A DNA stretch of 11,466 nucleotides from an uncultured Myxococcales bacterium (GCA_964013405.1 CAXGWI010000112.1:1-11466), one strand, 5' to 3'; shown: positions 1-6,967, counted from the first letter of the stretch. Program-made: numbers and translations. Notes: generated by a model from the letters alone, not told the origin.

Positions 1-155
1 CCCATCAACTGGGCCAACTCCGGGGGCACACCGTGGGAGGCTTTGATGTCGAGGGCCGCTAATCCGGGCTTGTCCGCCACCGGCTCTTCAGCCCGAAGCC
101 CCGTCGAGATCAGCGCGACCGCACTGCAAATGGTCAGCAACTTGAAGTTCATCAT
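1..155 (-). CDS. Exported protein, paralogue of 1516..2301 (N-terminal part only; runs off the left edge)
   Basis: Not in the ORF track. Manual translation from ATG at 155 (or 152) gives MMNFKLLTICSAVALISTGLRAEEPVADKPGLAALDIKASHGVPPELAQLMG with no stop. It has a signal-peptide-like N-terminus and a GGAG RBS at 160-163. KPGLAALDIKASHGVPPELAQLMG aligns with KPGLVVLALSAGTGVSDELAEVLG of 1516..2301. Confidence 0.85.
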   Translation of the reverse strand, partial: MMNFKLLTICSAVALISTGLRAEEPVADKPGLAALDIKASHGVPPELAQLM

Positions 156-172
156 TTAACTCCATGTGTGGA

Positions 173-184
173 AGGCTTAGCCTA
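173..184 (-). promoter_or_regulatory. Putative -10-containing element TAGGCTAAGCCT upstream of the <1..155 gene
   Basis: TANNNT hexamer (TAGGCT); the 12-mer ends 17 nt before the ATG. It is 10/12 identical to the motif at 2322..2333 upstream of the paralogue. Confidence 0.35.
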
Positions 185-204
185 ATCGAGAGGTCCGAGC
201 ACCC

Positions 205-226
205 ATGAAATCACTGAACTTTTCAT
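205..226. promoter_or_regulatory. Inverted repeat ATGAAA-N10-TTTCAT, possible transcription-factor operator
   Basis: Perfect 6-bp inverted repeat in an AT-rich intergenic patch (A7 run at 227-233), about 50 nt upstream of the <1..155 start. Confidence 0.3.
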
Positions 227-314
227 AAAAAAATCACGAGCATACCTTTATCCAAGGACTCTGGATCCATACGAGCCTGGCGTCGACTGTAATCTTTAGC
301 TCAGGGAGAAAATC

Positions 315-431
315 ATGTCGAATCTCAGTGGATCGCAAACTGACGACAATGGAAAGGCGGCCTTTGCCGGCGAAAGCCAAGCGCCCCCTCGCTACCTGGA
401 CTTCGCTAAGCAGGCGGACGTAGAAGGCTAG
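315..431 (+). CDS. Possible 38-aa small protein MSNLSGSQTDDNGKAAFAGESQAPPRYLDFAKQADVEG
   Basis: Fully intergenic ATG..TAG ORF with a strong AGGGAG SD 6 nt upstream. No recognisable homology. Confidence 0.3.
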   Translation: MSNLSGSQTDDNGKAAFAGESQAPPRYLDFAKQADVEG

Positions 432-445
432 CTCGAAATTGCGGG

Positions 446-1519
446 TCAGGGGCGGCAGTTTGCCTTGCACTCGTCGCCACCTTCTGTGTTGCCGTCATCG
501 CAAGCCTCAAAGATGGATTTTTGTCCGTCGCCACAGCGCCCTCCGGGAAGACAGTTGGGATCCGCAAATCCCAGCTCGTAGCCATCATCGATCCAGAGGG
601 GGTTGAACTGCGAAGTGGCGCCCCAATAAACCCGATTGTTGCTGGGGCCATGGGTGATCCCCAAGGCTTCATCGAGCCGATAGAATGCCTGGCTGTAGTC
701 ATCTTCACCAAGCCAGGGGTGACCATGCCAAACAAAGGGGTACATGGGCACAAAGTCTCGACCATGGACCACACGGTTGGTCAGGGACAAGCCAGCGACA
801 AATCCAACAAAGGCTCGATCTGCACCATTGGCGAGCGTGTCGGCTGCTCCAAGAACCATGACGCCGTCTTGAGTCTCAGAAAGTTCCGTCGTCAGCCGGC
901 CCACTGTCCCCTGCTGTCCATTCAAATACGGTGTCACCACCACATCAGCCCCCGAACGGTCCATCTCGAAACTCAAATGATACCAGGCTGCTCCAGGCAG
1001 ATCGACGGATGCGGCGAGCCGATTGTCGATGCGTAACGAAGCACGCACCGCCCCCGCTCCATCCTGCCGATCCAAGTCGATCTGCAGCCTGTTTCCAGAT
1101 GCCCCCGCTTTCTTAACCAGAAGGGTCCATGCCACGGGTCCTTGCGCCGGGAACTCGGGATAAAACCAGACTTGTTTCGTGGTCGGTGTCCCTACCACCA
1201 GGCCATGGAATGCCCCTTGAGCAAAGCGATCAGCCACAAAGACCTTACCGCTGCCGTCGAAAAAGACGGCCTCGCCACAAGTCTGACTACAGTCAGGCTC
1301 ACAAGCTCCCCGTAAGTGCAAACCATCATCGCAAACTTCCCCTTGTTCAACGCGACCATTCCCGCAAGCGATATCATCGGGATCGGGAAGCACACAGATC
1401 GATTCCACACAGACATGGATCTCGGCGCAGTCAGCCTCTGTCTCGCAATCGGGAAAGGCGCTTTTGTCGAGCCCAAAGCAGGCGGACAGAACCAATAGCA
1501 CCGGCACGAGATGCTTCAT
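446..1519 (-). CDS. Lipoprotein with a LamG/concanavalin-A-like jellyroll domain flanked by Myxococcus Cys-rich repeats (357 aa)
   Basis: Start revised from 1696 to ATG 1519. This gives the MKHLVPVLLVLSA|C lipobox and an ATGA overlap with the upstream stop (1516-1519). LamG-like motifs are WYHLSFEMD...YLNG...MVLGA...FVGFVAGLSL. Repeats are [15 protein letters not shown] and [27 protein letters not shown]. Confidence 0.8.
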   Translation of the reverse strand: MKHLVPVLLVLSACFGLDKSAFPDCETEADCAEIHVCVESICVLPDPDDIACGNGRVEQGEVCDDGLHLRGACEPDCSQTCGEAVFFDGSGKVFVADRFAQGAFHGLVVGTPTTKQVWFYPEFPAQGPVAWTLLVKKAGASGNRLQIDLDRQDGAGAVRASLRIDNRLAASVDLPGAAWYHLSFEMDRSGADVVVTPYLNGQQGTVGRLTTELSETQDGVMVLGAADTLANGADRAFVGFVAGLSLTNRVVHGRDFVPMYPFVWHGHPWLGEDDYSQAFYRLDEALGITHGPSNNRVYWGATSQFNPLWIDDGYELGFADPNCLPGGRCGDGQKSIFEACDDGNTEGGDECKANCRP

Positions 1520-2301
1520 GGCCAACTTCCCCACACGGCAAGACCCACGCCCGTTATGCCCAGTGTCCCGCCCCACCACGCAAAGCTGTTGGCTCGGCCG
1601 ATCTCCGCCTGCCCTGCGTTGACCTCGCGGGCTGTCACAACAGGGGGGCCTGGATTTAAATGGGCTTGGGCCGTGGTGCTCAGGATCCAGCCCCAACCGA
1701 GAAGTCCAAGGCCCAAGCCTGCGAGCCCGTAGCCGGAACGAGCGATCCAGGGACGGCGAGGGTTTTTCAAAGGCCGGAGAAGCGATGCAATCAAGCCACC
1801 ATCGCTTCCGGACATTCGATAATCACGAATCAAGAGAGGTACCGCTTTTGCGATGGCGACGGTGAGATCGCCCTCGTTCTCGGCCTCTGTCATGGATCGA
1901 GCCACGACCCGAACGACGTCAACCCCCACAAGATGGAGCGTGACCACGTAGCGTGACCCCACCTGACCCACCTGAGAGCGAAGCATGTAGGGCACACCAA
2001 GCATGCCACCAATTTCAGCGAGACAGGACTCGTCATCGCAGCCCATCACCGTCTTTTGCTGCTCTAAATCCAGCAGGCTCTGAAGATCGGCAGAGGAGGT
2101 GATCTGACCAAAAGCACCGGACTGCCTTAAATTGACGAGGAGCACCTCCCCCAACACCTCTGCAAGCTCGTCTGAGACCCCCGTTCCGGCGCTCAAGGCG
2201 AGCACCACAAGGCCTGGCTTAGCCTCCTTCTCAACCTGCGCATCAGCAGCCTCTGGGGCAGCGATGAACAAGGCAGAGAACAAGGCGAACTGCATCATCA
2301 C
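1516..2301 (-). CDS. Exported protein with a myxobacterial CsgG/TolB-N-like alpha/beta domain and two C-terminal Gly-rich hydrophobic segments
   Basis: Signal-like N-terminus (start GTG 2301 or ATG 2298/2295). The motif LLDLEQQKTVMGCDDESCLAEIGGMLG...VGQVGSRYVVTLHLV is familiar from myxobacterial (often PEGA-associated) proteins. Hydrophobic segments are GYGLAGLGLGLLGWGWIL and WWGGTLGITGVGLAVWG. The fold call is an inference. Confidence 0.75.
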   Translation of the reverse strand: MMMQFALFSALFIAAPEAADAQVEKEAKPGLVVLALSAGTGVSDELAEVLGEVLLVNLRQSGAFGQITSSADLQSLLDLEQQKTVMGCDDESCLAEIGGMLGVPYMLRSQVGQVGSRYVVTLHLVGVDVVRVVARSMTEAENEGDLTVAIAKAVPLLIRDYRMSGSDGGLIASLLRPLKNPRRPWIARSGYGLAGLGLGLLGWGWILSTTAQAHLNPGPPVVTAREVNAGQAEIGRANSFAWWGGTLGITGVGLAVWGSWP

Positions 2302-2321
2302 AAGGCATTCAGGGCGAATCG

Positions 2322-2333
2322 AGCCTTAACCTA
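2322..2333 (-). promoter_or_regulatory. Putative -10-containing element TAGGTTAAGGCT upstream of 1516..2301
   Basis: Ends 20 nt before the GTG; 10/12 identical to 173..184. Confidence 0.3.
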
Positions 2334-2375
2334 TGCGAGCTTGCTGAGGCTGGAAAGACCGGACGAACGAAACCG

Positions 2376-2651
2376 TCAACGTAAGAGGACTCGAAAGCTC
2401 GCCCCGTCATGGCCCCAGGCGATACGACCTGGGCCCTCTAGATCAAAATACTTGGTCTCAAATCGTTCGCCAAAGTCGGGATGCATCGACTCGAAGAGAA
2501 GGACCAAGCGCGCCGACCAACCGGTGCTGGTATCGATGAACAGTTGGGCAGGGTAACCATCGCAGGTGACTTCCAGGCGCTGCCCTTCAGGCAGTTCTTG
2601 AAGATGATGGGGTAACAAGGGGCGAAGGACTGTCGAATCGGGCGGTGACAT
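2376..2651 (-). CDS. Hypothetical protein (91 aa)
   Basis: Fills the gap between two co-oriented genes (14 nt after the upstream stop) and has globular, beta-rich-looking composition. No family recognised. Confidence 0.7.
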   Translation of the reverse strand: MSPPDSTVLRPLLPHHLQELPEGQRLEVTCDGYPAQLFIDTSTGWSARLVLLFESMHPDFGERFETKYFDLEGPGRIAWGHDGASFRVLLR

Positions 2652-2665
2652 GATGGCAGACCAGC

Positions 2666-3955
2666 CTAGGCAGCGGTGGGCCCGGGAGCTTCCTCCTTAT
2701 TTTTGCGACTAAAGAGCGATTTCACCCACCCCCAGAAACCGCGCAGCCCCCCCAAAAGGCGGGTTTGCCCCTGGCCACTGAGAAAAAGCGGCTCGATGAG
2801 TTCGGACTCTTTGCCCCGATACCGTGGAGGCAAACTAAAGAGCTCCTCCCCCCCACCATCCTGCTGTCTGTCGATGGTCGGAAAGATGATCCCCTCGATG
2901 ATGTAAGCTTCGCCCACCGCAAAGCGATGCTCTCGGGTCGGCAGCAAGAACCAAGGACGATAACGAAACACCAACTGCCCCTCGTCGGCTGGTGTCAGGC
3001 GCCCCAAGGTTCGGATGGGCGGGCCCTCCATCCCTGTGTCTGCGAAAGCCAGAATGCCCTTCGGGTCATCCAGCCTGCCCTTGCCCCGTTTAAACAAAAC
3101 ATCCCAACTCAAGACGGTCCCCCAACCCATCAGGCGCAAACAGTAGCCAGCGACTAACCACGCAAAGAGGATGTAGAGGCCGGCGATGATGATGCCGAGG
3201 ACGGGCAACCAACTGCACAAGGCCACGATGGTCAGCAGGAAGGTGGTCTTCGCTGCCTTCAGGAAGGGGTCTAGGAAGGAAAAAGGATTGAGGAAGATCA
3301 TGATCGTAAAGGCTTGACCGGTGAGCCAAACAACGGCGTAACATGCGCCTCCAATGATCCCTGCGACGATGGATCCAAGGCCGGCCCAAAAACCACCGCC
3401 TGCCGTCGCAGCTTGGGCTTGAGCTGCATGGGCTGTGGGTAAGACAGCGTCGCTGGCCATCGCGATGATTTGGCCCGTCGGCTCCCCCATCACATCCGCA
3501 CAGTAAGCGACGGTCGCGACCAAGCCCAAGGCACCGCTCACCTTATTGGCAAGCACCTCACCCGAGTCAGCTACCTGTTTCGCCGGCCCGAGAGGCGCGC
3601 CAAACACGTCTTTCAAAACGATCAGCAGCAGCAGCGCCAGCATCGGGAACGTGAACGCAGGATGGGTATACCACGCACCGCCGCGCCCCTGATACCAATC
3701 CCAAAGACCAAATGCAGCCAGGCCGAAGGCGGGAGAAATCCCCACCCCCACGATCTCAGACATCGCATCGGCTGTCCTATGGGCGAGGGCAACGTCACGC
3801 TGCCCTTGGATATGGGCCTTCTCTAATCGCTCCACCAACTCACCGACAGGAACCGGTGAGGGCGCCTCCGTCGTCGGGCTCGAGGCAGCAAGAGCCGAAC
3901 CAGAAAATGCCGACAGCAGGAAAAGGAGAAGGAGCGATCGATGGAGGCTTTGCAT
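2666..3955 (-). CDS. Multi-pass membrane protein of unknown function (429 aa) with signal peptide and soluble C-terminal domain
   Basis: Start revised from 4102 to ATG 3955, giving the MQSLHRSLLLLFLLSAFSGSALA|A signal peptide. Many hydrophobic Gly/Ala-rich helices are followed by a hydrophilic domain (GRL...LVFRYRPWFLLP...LPPRYRG). Confidence 0.8.
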   Translation of the reverse strand: MQSLHRSLLLLFLLSAFSGSALAASSPTTEAPSPVPVGELVERLEKAHIQGQRDVALAHRTADAMSEIVGVGISPAFGLAAFGLWDWYQGRGGAWYTHPAFTFPMLALLLLIVLKDVFGAPLGPAKQVADSGEVLANKVSGALGLVATVAYCADVMGEPTGQIIAMASDAVLPTAHAAQAQAATAGGGFWAGLGSIVAGIIGGACYAVVWLTGQAFTIMIFLNPFSFLDPFLKAAKTTFLLTIVALCSWLPVLGIIIAGLYILFAWLVAGYCLRLMGWGTVLSWDVLFKRGKGRLDDPKGILAFADTGMEGPPIRTLGRLTPADEGQLVFRYRPWFLLPTREHRFAVGEAYIIEGIIFPTIDRQQDGGGEELFSLPPRYRGKESELIEPLFLSGQGQTRLLGGLRGFWGWVKSLFSRKNKEEAPGPTAA

Positions 3956-3962
3956 GCAGGCG

Positions 3963-3971
3963 AGCTTAGCA
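3963..3971 (-). promoter_or_regulatory. Extended -10 promoter (TGcTAAGCT), probably giving a leaderless mRNA for 2666..3955
   Basis: Minus strand reads TG-c-TAAGCT-cgcctgc-ATG: TGn plus TANNNT exactly 7 nt before the ATG, with no SD present. Confidence 0.45.
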
Positions 3972-4164
3972 AAAGATCGTGTCCGGACCCAGCCCCCTGT
4001 TGGAAACCTCGACCCTTCAGTTAAGGATGCGACCTCCCCCTGGTTGCACGGGCCGTCTTCCATAGGCCCCCCATCCAATTCCATGCCCATACTCCCCCCC
4101 ACGCCTACGCGTCAGACAGAGGAAGGAACGGGGCATCGCCGAGAAGATTCCCGAACCGAACGTT

Positions 4165-5604
4165 CTACTCACAGTAGTGTCCGACCCGGTTATTGATCCA
4201 GCCACAACCCTGGCCCCGCTCGCCGCAATCTTCGCGGCGCAGACTTCCCTCGTAGCAGTACTCCACGACTCGGCCGTCACAGCGCCCGAAATAGTCCACT
4301 TCGCCGCAACCCTCTTGCGTCTGGACGTCGACACAGTCGTAACCCCGTTGGTTGTCGACCCACTCGCAGGCCTGGCCCTGTTGGGCACATTCATCCCGTC
4401 GGAGTTCACCCTCGTAACAATACTCCACGGCCCCACCGTCGCAGCGGCCAAAGTAGTCGATGCCATGGCAGGGGTCGACAGGTTCCGGCTCAACACAGTC
4501 ATAGCCCCGACGATCATCAGCCCACCGACAGACCTCGCCCGAGGCGCCGCAGTCTTTTTCCCGTCGTTCCCCTTCATAACAATAGATCATCGTCTCGCCA
4601 TCACAGCGCCCGAAATAGTCCAGATCACCACAGTCGGTTGCCGCTGGCTCGGCGACACAATCATAGCCACGCTCGTCGCTCACCCAGGCACAGACCTGAT
4701 TGCGCTCGCCACAATCCTTCTCTCGACGCTCACCCTCGTAGCAATAGGCCATCACGTCACCATCACAACGACCAAAGTAGTCGAGGTCACCACAGTCACC
4801 ACCGGAATCTGCGACCGGGACGGGACCCGTCTCCGGCAGGTTTGCGGCCCGCTGTAGAATGGGTTGCATCCATCCTTCGATGGCGTCGAGTCGAGTCATC
4901 CATTCGCGGCCGACACAACTGTTCGAGCCTCGGGAAAGCACAGCGAGGACTCGAGTGACCCCCGCGTCATCGGTGTAGAGTAAGGGCCCGCCCGAGTCGC
5001 CGAAACAGAGGCCTCGCAGGCCCTCTCCGTCCACCACCACCTCATGGGGCCAGACCTCCACGATGCGCACGACCGCGAACCACCGCCCCCGCCGGTTGCG
5101 ATCTCGTGTTTCGCCATATCCGGCGCCTTCGGCGAGACGGCCAGACCAATCCCTGTTCATGGTCTTTGTGTTGAATGGAATCGGTTGCAGTTCAGCTAAG
5201 GTCTCCTGGGGAGGACGCGCGAGGATGAGGATGGCCGCATCCCAGCCGGGGTGTTCGTGAATTTCGGTGACCTTGAAGGAAGCACGGGCACTCCAGGGAT
5301 CGAGACCAAAACCAAAGCCGAGATCCCTCGGACCCAGCCCGGTCGTGCAATGGGAGGCAGTCATGACCACACGAGGTGCGATCAGCGTCCCGGTACAAAA
5401 CCGACCCGGCGGATAACCGGGACTATGGAGCCAGCCGATGGCCAAACGCTGCCCCTCGGTTAAGGTCACCTCCTGAGCCTGGCGGGTGCCATTCACAATT
5501 TGATTCAAACCCTTCACTCGAAGTGCATCTGTTGCGGCGATCGGCTCGGTCGGGTTGCAGGCACCGACAACAACAAAGGGCAGTAAAAACAACATGCGAT
5601 ACAT
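4165..5604 (-). CDS. S1 (chymotrypsin/trypsin-fold) serine protease lipoprotein with four C-terminal Cys-rich repeats (479 aa)
   Basis: GGAG RBS at 5612-5615, lipobox VVVGA|C and IVNG mature N-terminus. Triad motifs are CTGTLIAPRVVMTASHC (His85), WDAAIL (Asp) and CFGDSGGP (Ser204). Confidence 0.95.
   Translation of the reverse strand: MYRMLFLLPFVVVGACNPTEPIAATDALRVKGLNQIVNGTRQAQEVTLTEGQRLAIGWLHSPGYPPGRFCTGTLIAPRVVMTASHCTTGLGPRDLGFGFGLDPWSARASFKVTEIHEHPGWDAAILILARPPQETLAELQPIPFNTKTMNRDWSGRLAEGAGYGETRDRNRRGRWFAVVRIVEVWPHEVVVDGEGLRGLCFGDSGGPLLYTDDAGVTRVLAVLSRGSNSCVGREWMTRLDAIEGWMQPILQRAANLPETGPVPVADSGGDCGDLDYFGRCDGDVMAYCYEGERREKDCGERNQVCAWVSDERGYDCVAEPAATDCGDLDYFGRCDGETMIYCYEGERREKDCGASGEVCRWADDRRGYDCVEPEPVDPCHGIDYFGRCDGGAVEYCYEGELRRDECAQQGQACEWVDNQRGYDCVDVQTQEGCGEVDYFGRCDGRVVEYCYEGSLRREDCGERGQGCGWINNRVGHYCE
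4168..4797 (-). repeat. Four tandem intragenic repeats, 162-nt (54-aa) period, 6 Cys each
   Basis: Consensus C-x3-DYFGRCDG-x4-YCYEG-x5/6-C-x6-C-x-W-x5-G-Y-D-C. Equivalent YC codons begin at 4255, 4417, 4579 and 4741, each 162 nt apart. Confidence 0.95.
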
Positions 5605-5755
5605 CGGTTGGCTCCAATACTTTTAACCACCAGAATGTTCGGTGTGTTGGTTTCTCGTGACCATACGACGATCCGCGGACCCTCCTACCCAGGCTCCTAA
5701 TGCTTGCACACTGCGCCTGAATGCGCCTAAGCATCGCCCCGCTCAGGAGTCCGCT

Positions 5756-6931
5756 TTGCCCGACCTTTTCAATCCCAGTGAAGAACATGAAGAGATCCGC
5801 GCGACCGTTCGCCAATTCGCTGAGGAGCGAGTGCGTCCGCAGGCCCTAAAGCAAGACGCAGAAGAGCAGTTTAATGAGCCTTTGTTCCGTGAACTCGCCG
5901 ACCTCGGTCTGCTCGGCGTGACCATCGATGAACGCTTCGGGGGTGCGGGCCTGGATGCCACCACCTCTGTGATCGTTCACGAGGAACTGGCTGCGGCCGA
6001 CCCCGGCTTCACGCTGTCCTATCTGGCCCACGCCATCCTCTTCGCTCACAATCTCGATTTGAATGGCAACGATGAACAACGGCAGCGATTTCTGCCGGGT
6101 GCTTGTAGCGGTGAACTGCTCGGCGGCATGTGCATGAGTGAGCCGGGTGCAGGAACCGATGTCCTTGGCATGAAGAGCCGGGCCGTGCGGGATGGCGACG
6201 ACTTCGTGCTCAATGGCGCGAAGATGTGGATCACCAACGGGTCCCGCAATGACACGGAACTTGGCGACGCCTTTCTCGTCTATGCCCACACCGGCAGTTC
6301 GCCACGGGACCTGGGTTTGTTCCTTGTGGAGCGGGGCATGCCGGGCTTCAGCTTGGGTCAGCGACTCAAGGACAAGCTAGGCATGCGGGCGTCACCGACA
6401 GCGGAACTCGTCTTTGAGAATGTTCGGGTGCCGGCAAAAAACGTCGTGGGCGATCCAGGTCGGGCCGTCATCGCCATGATGCGCAACCTAGAATTAGAGC
6501 GACTCACCCTCGCCGCCATCAGTCTGGGTATCGCCCGGCGCTGTGTGGAAGTGATGAACGCCTACGCCCAAGAGCGACAAGCCTTTGGCCAACCGCTGAA
6601 CCAGTTTGGTCAGATTCAGCGATATATCGGTGAGGCCTATGCCAAGTATATGGCTGGACGCTCCTATGTTTATCAGGTCGCCGCCGCCCTGCAGATGGAT
6701 CAGGCTGGCAACCGTCTCGACTCCGATGGTGTGAAGCTCTTTTGCGGGACCATGGCGAAAGAGGTGGCCGATGCTGCGATCCAGGTTTTGGGCGGCTATG
6801 GCTATGTCGGCGAATACGAAGTGGAGCGTCTCTGGCGGGACGCCAAGCTCATCGAAATCGGTGGTGGCACGATCGAAGCCCACCAAAAGAACATCACTCG
6901 AGACCTCATCAAGCTCGAACGGCTGCGATGA
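5756..6931 (+). CDS. ivd: Isovaleryl-CoA dehydrogenase (acyl-CoA dehydrogenase family, LiuA/IVD type; 391 aa)
   Basis: Start revised to TTG 5756 with AGGAG RBS at 5745-5749. ACAD motifs are MSEPGAGTDV, LNGAKMWITNG, KLGMRASPTAELVFEN, RQAFGQPL and QVLGGYGY. The IVD signature is the catalytic Glu in NLELERL, with EIGGGT in place of the IYEGT of short/medium-chain ACADs. Confidence 0.88.
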   Translation: MPDLFNPSEEHEEIRATVRQFAEERVRPQALKQDAEEQFNEPLFRELADLGLLGVTIDERFGGAGLDATTSVIVHEELAAADPGFTLSYLAHAILFAHNLDLNGNDEQRQRFLPGACSGELLGGMCMSEPGAGTDVLGMKSRAVRDGDDFVLNGAKMWITNGSRNDTELGDAFLVYAHTGSSPRDLGLFLVERGMPGFSLGQRLKDKLGMRASPTAELVFENVRVPAKNVVGDPGRAVIAMMRNLELERLTLAAISLGIARRCVEVMNAYAQERQAFGQPLNQFGQIQRYIGEAYAKYMAGRSYVYQVAAALQMDQAGNRLDSDGVKLFCGTMAKEVADAAIQVLGGYGYVGEYEVERLWRDAKLIEIGGGTIEAHQKNITRDLIKLERLR

Positions 6932-6967
6932 GCTCTCTCTTTTCTCCACCCGTAAGGAACACGGATC

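Noticed and set aside
345..445. c-di-GMP (GEMM) riboswitch, SRP RNA or tRNA
   Set aside because: GCAAAC and a GAAA loop are present, but not the ordered GEMM consensus, the SRP domain IV motif or a cloverleaf.
234..470. 78-aa minus-strand ORF
   Set aside because: Overlaps the end of the LamG gene, lacks an SD and has no recognisable features.
1520..1696. 59-aa N-terminal extension of the LamG lipoprotein
   Set aside because: Overlaps the upstream gene. The ATGA-coupled ATG at 1519 gives a proper lipoprotein signal.
4168..4797. CRISPR-like regularly spaced repeats
   Set aside because: Period is 162 nt, in frame and degenerate at wobble positions. These are protein repeats, with no cas genes nearby.
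4177..4857. 226-aa plus-strand ORF (also 4017..4577, 4638..4958)
   Set aside because: Shadow ORFs of the repetitive protease gene, with no independent RBS or motif support.
5642..5755. GTG start at 5642 for the acyl-CoA dehydrogenase
   Set aside because: Extension is not ACAD-like. AGGAG plus TTG at 5756 gives the typical family length.
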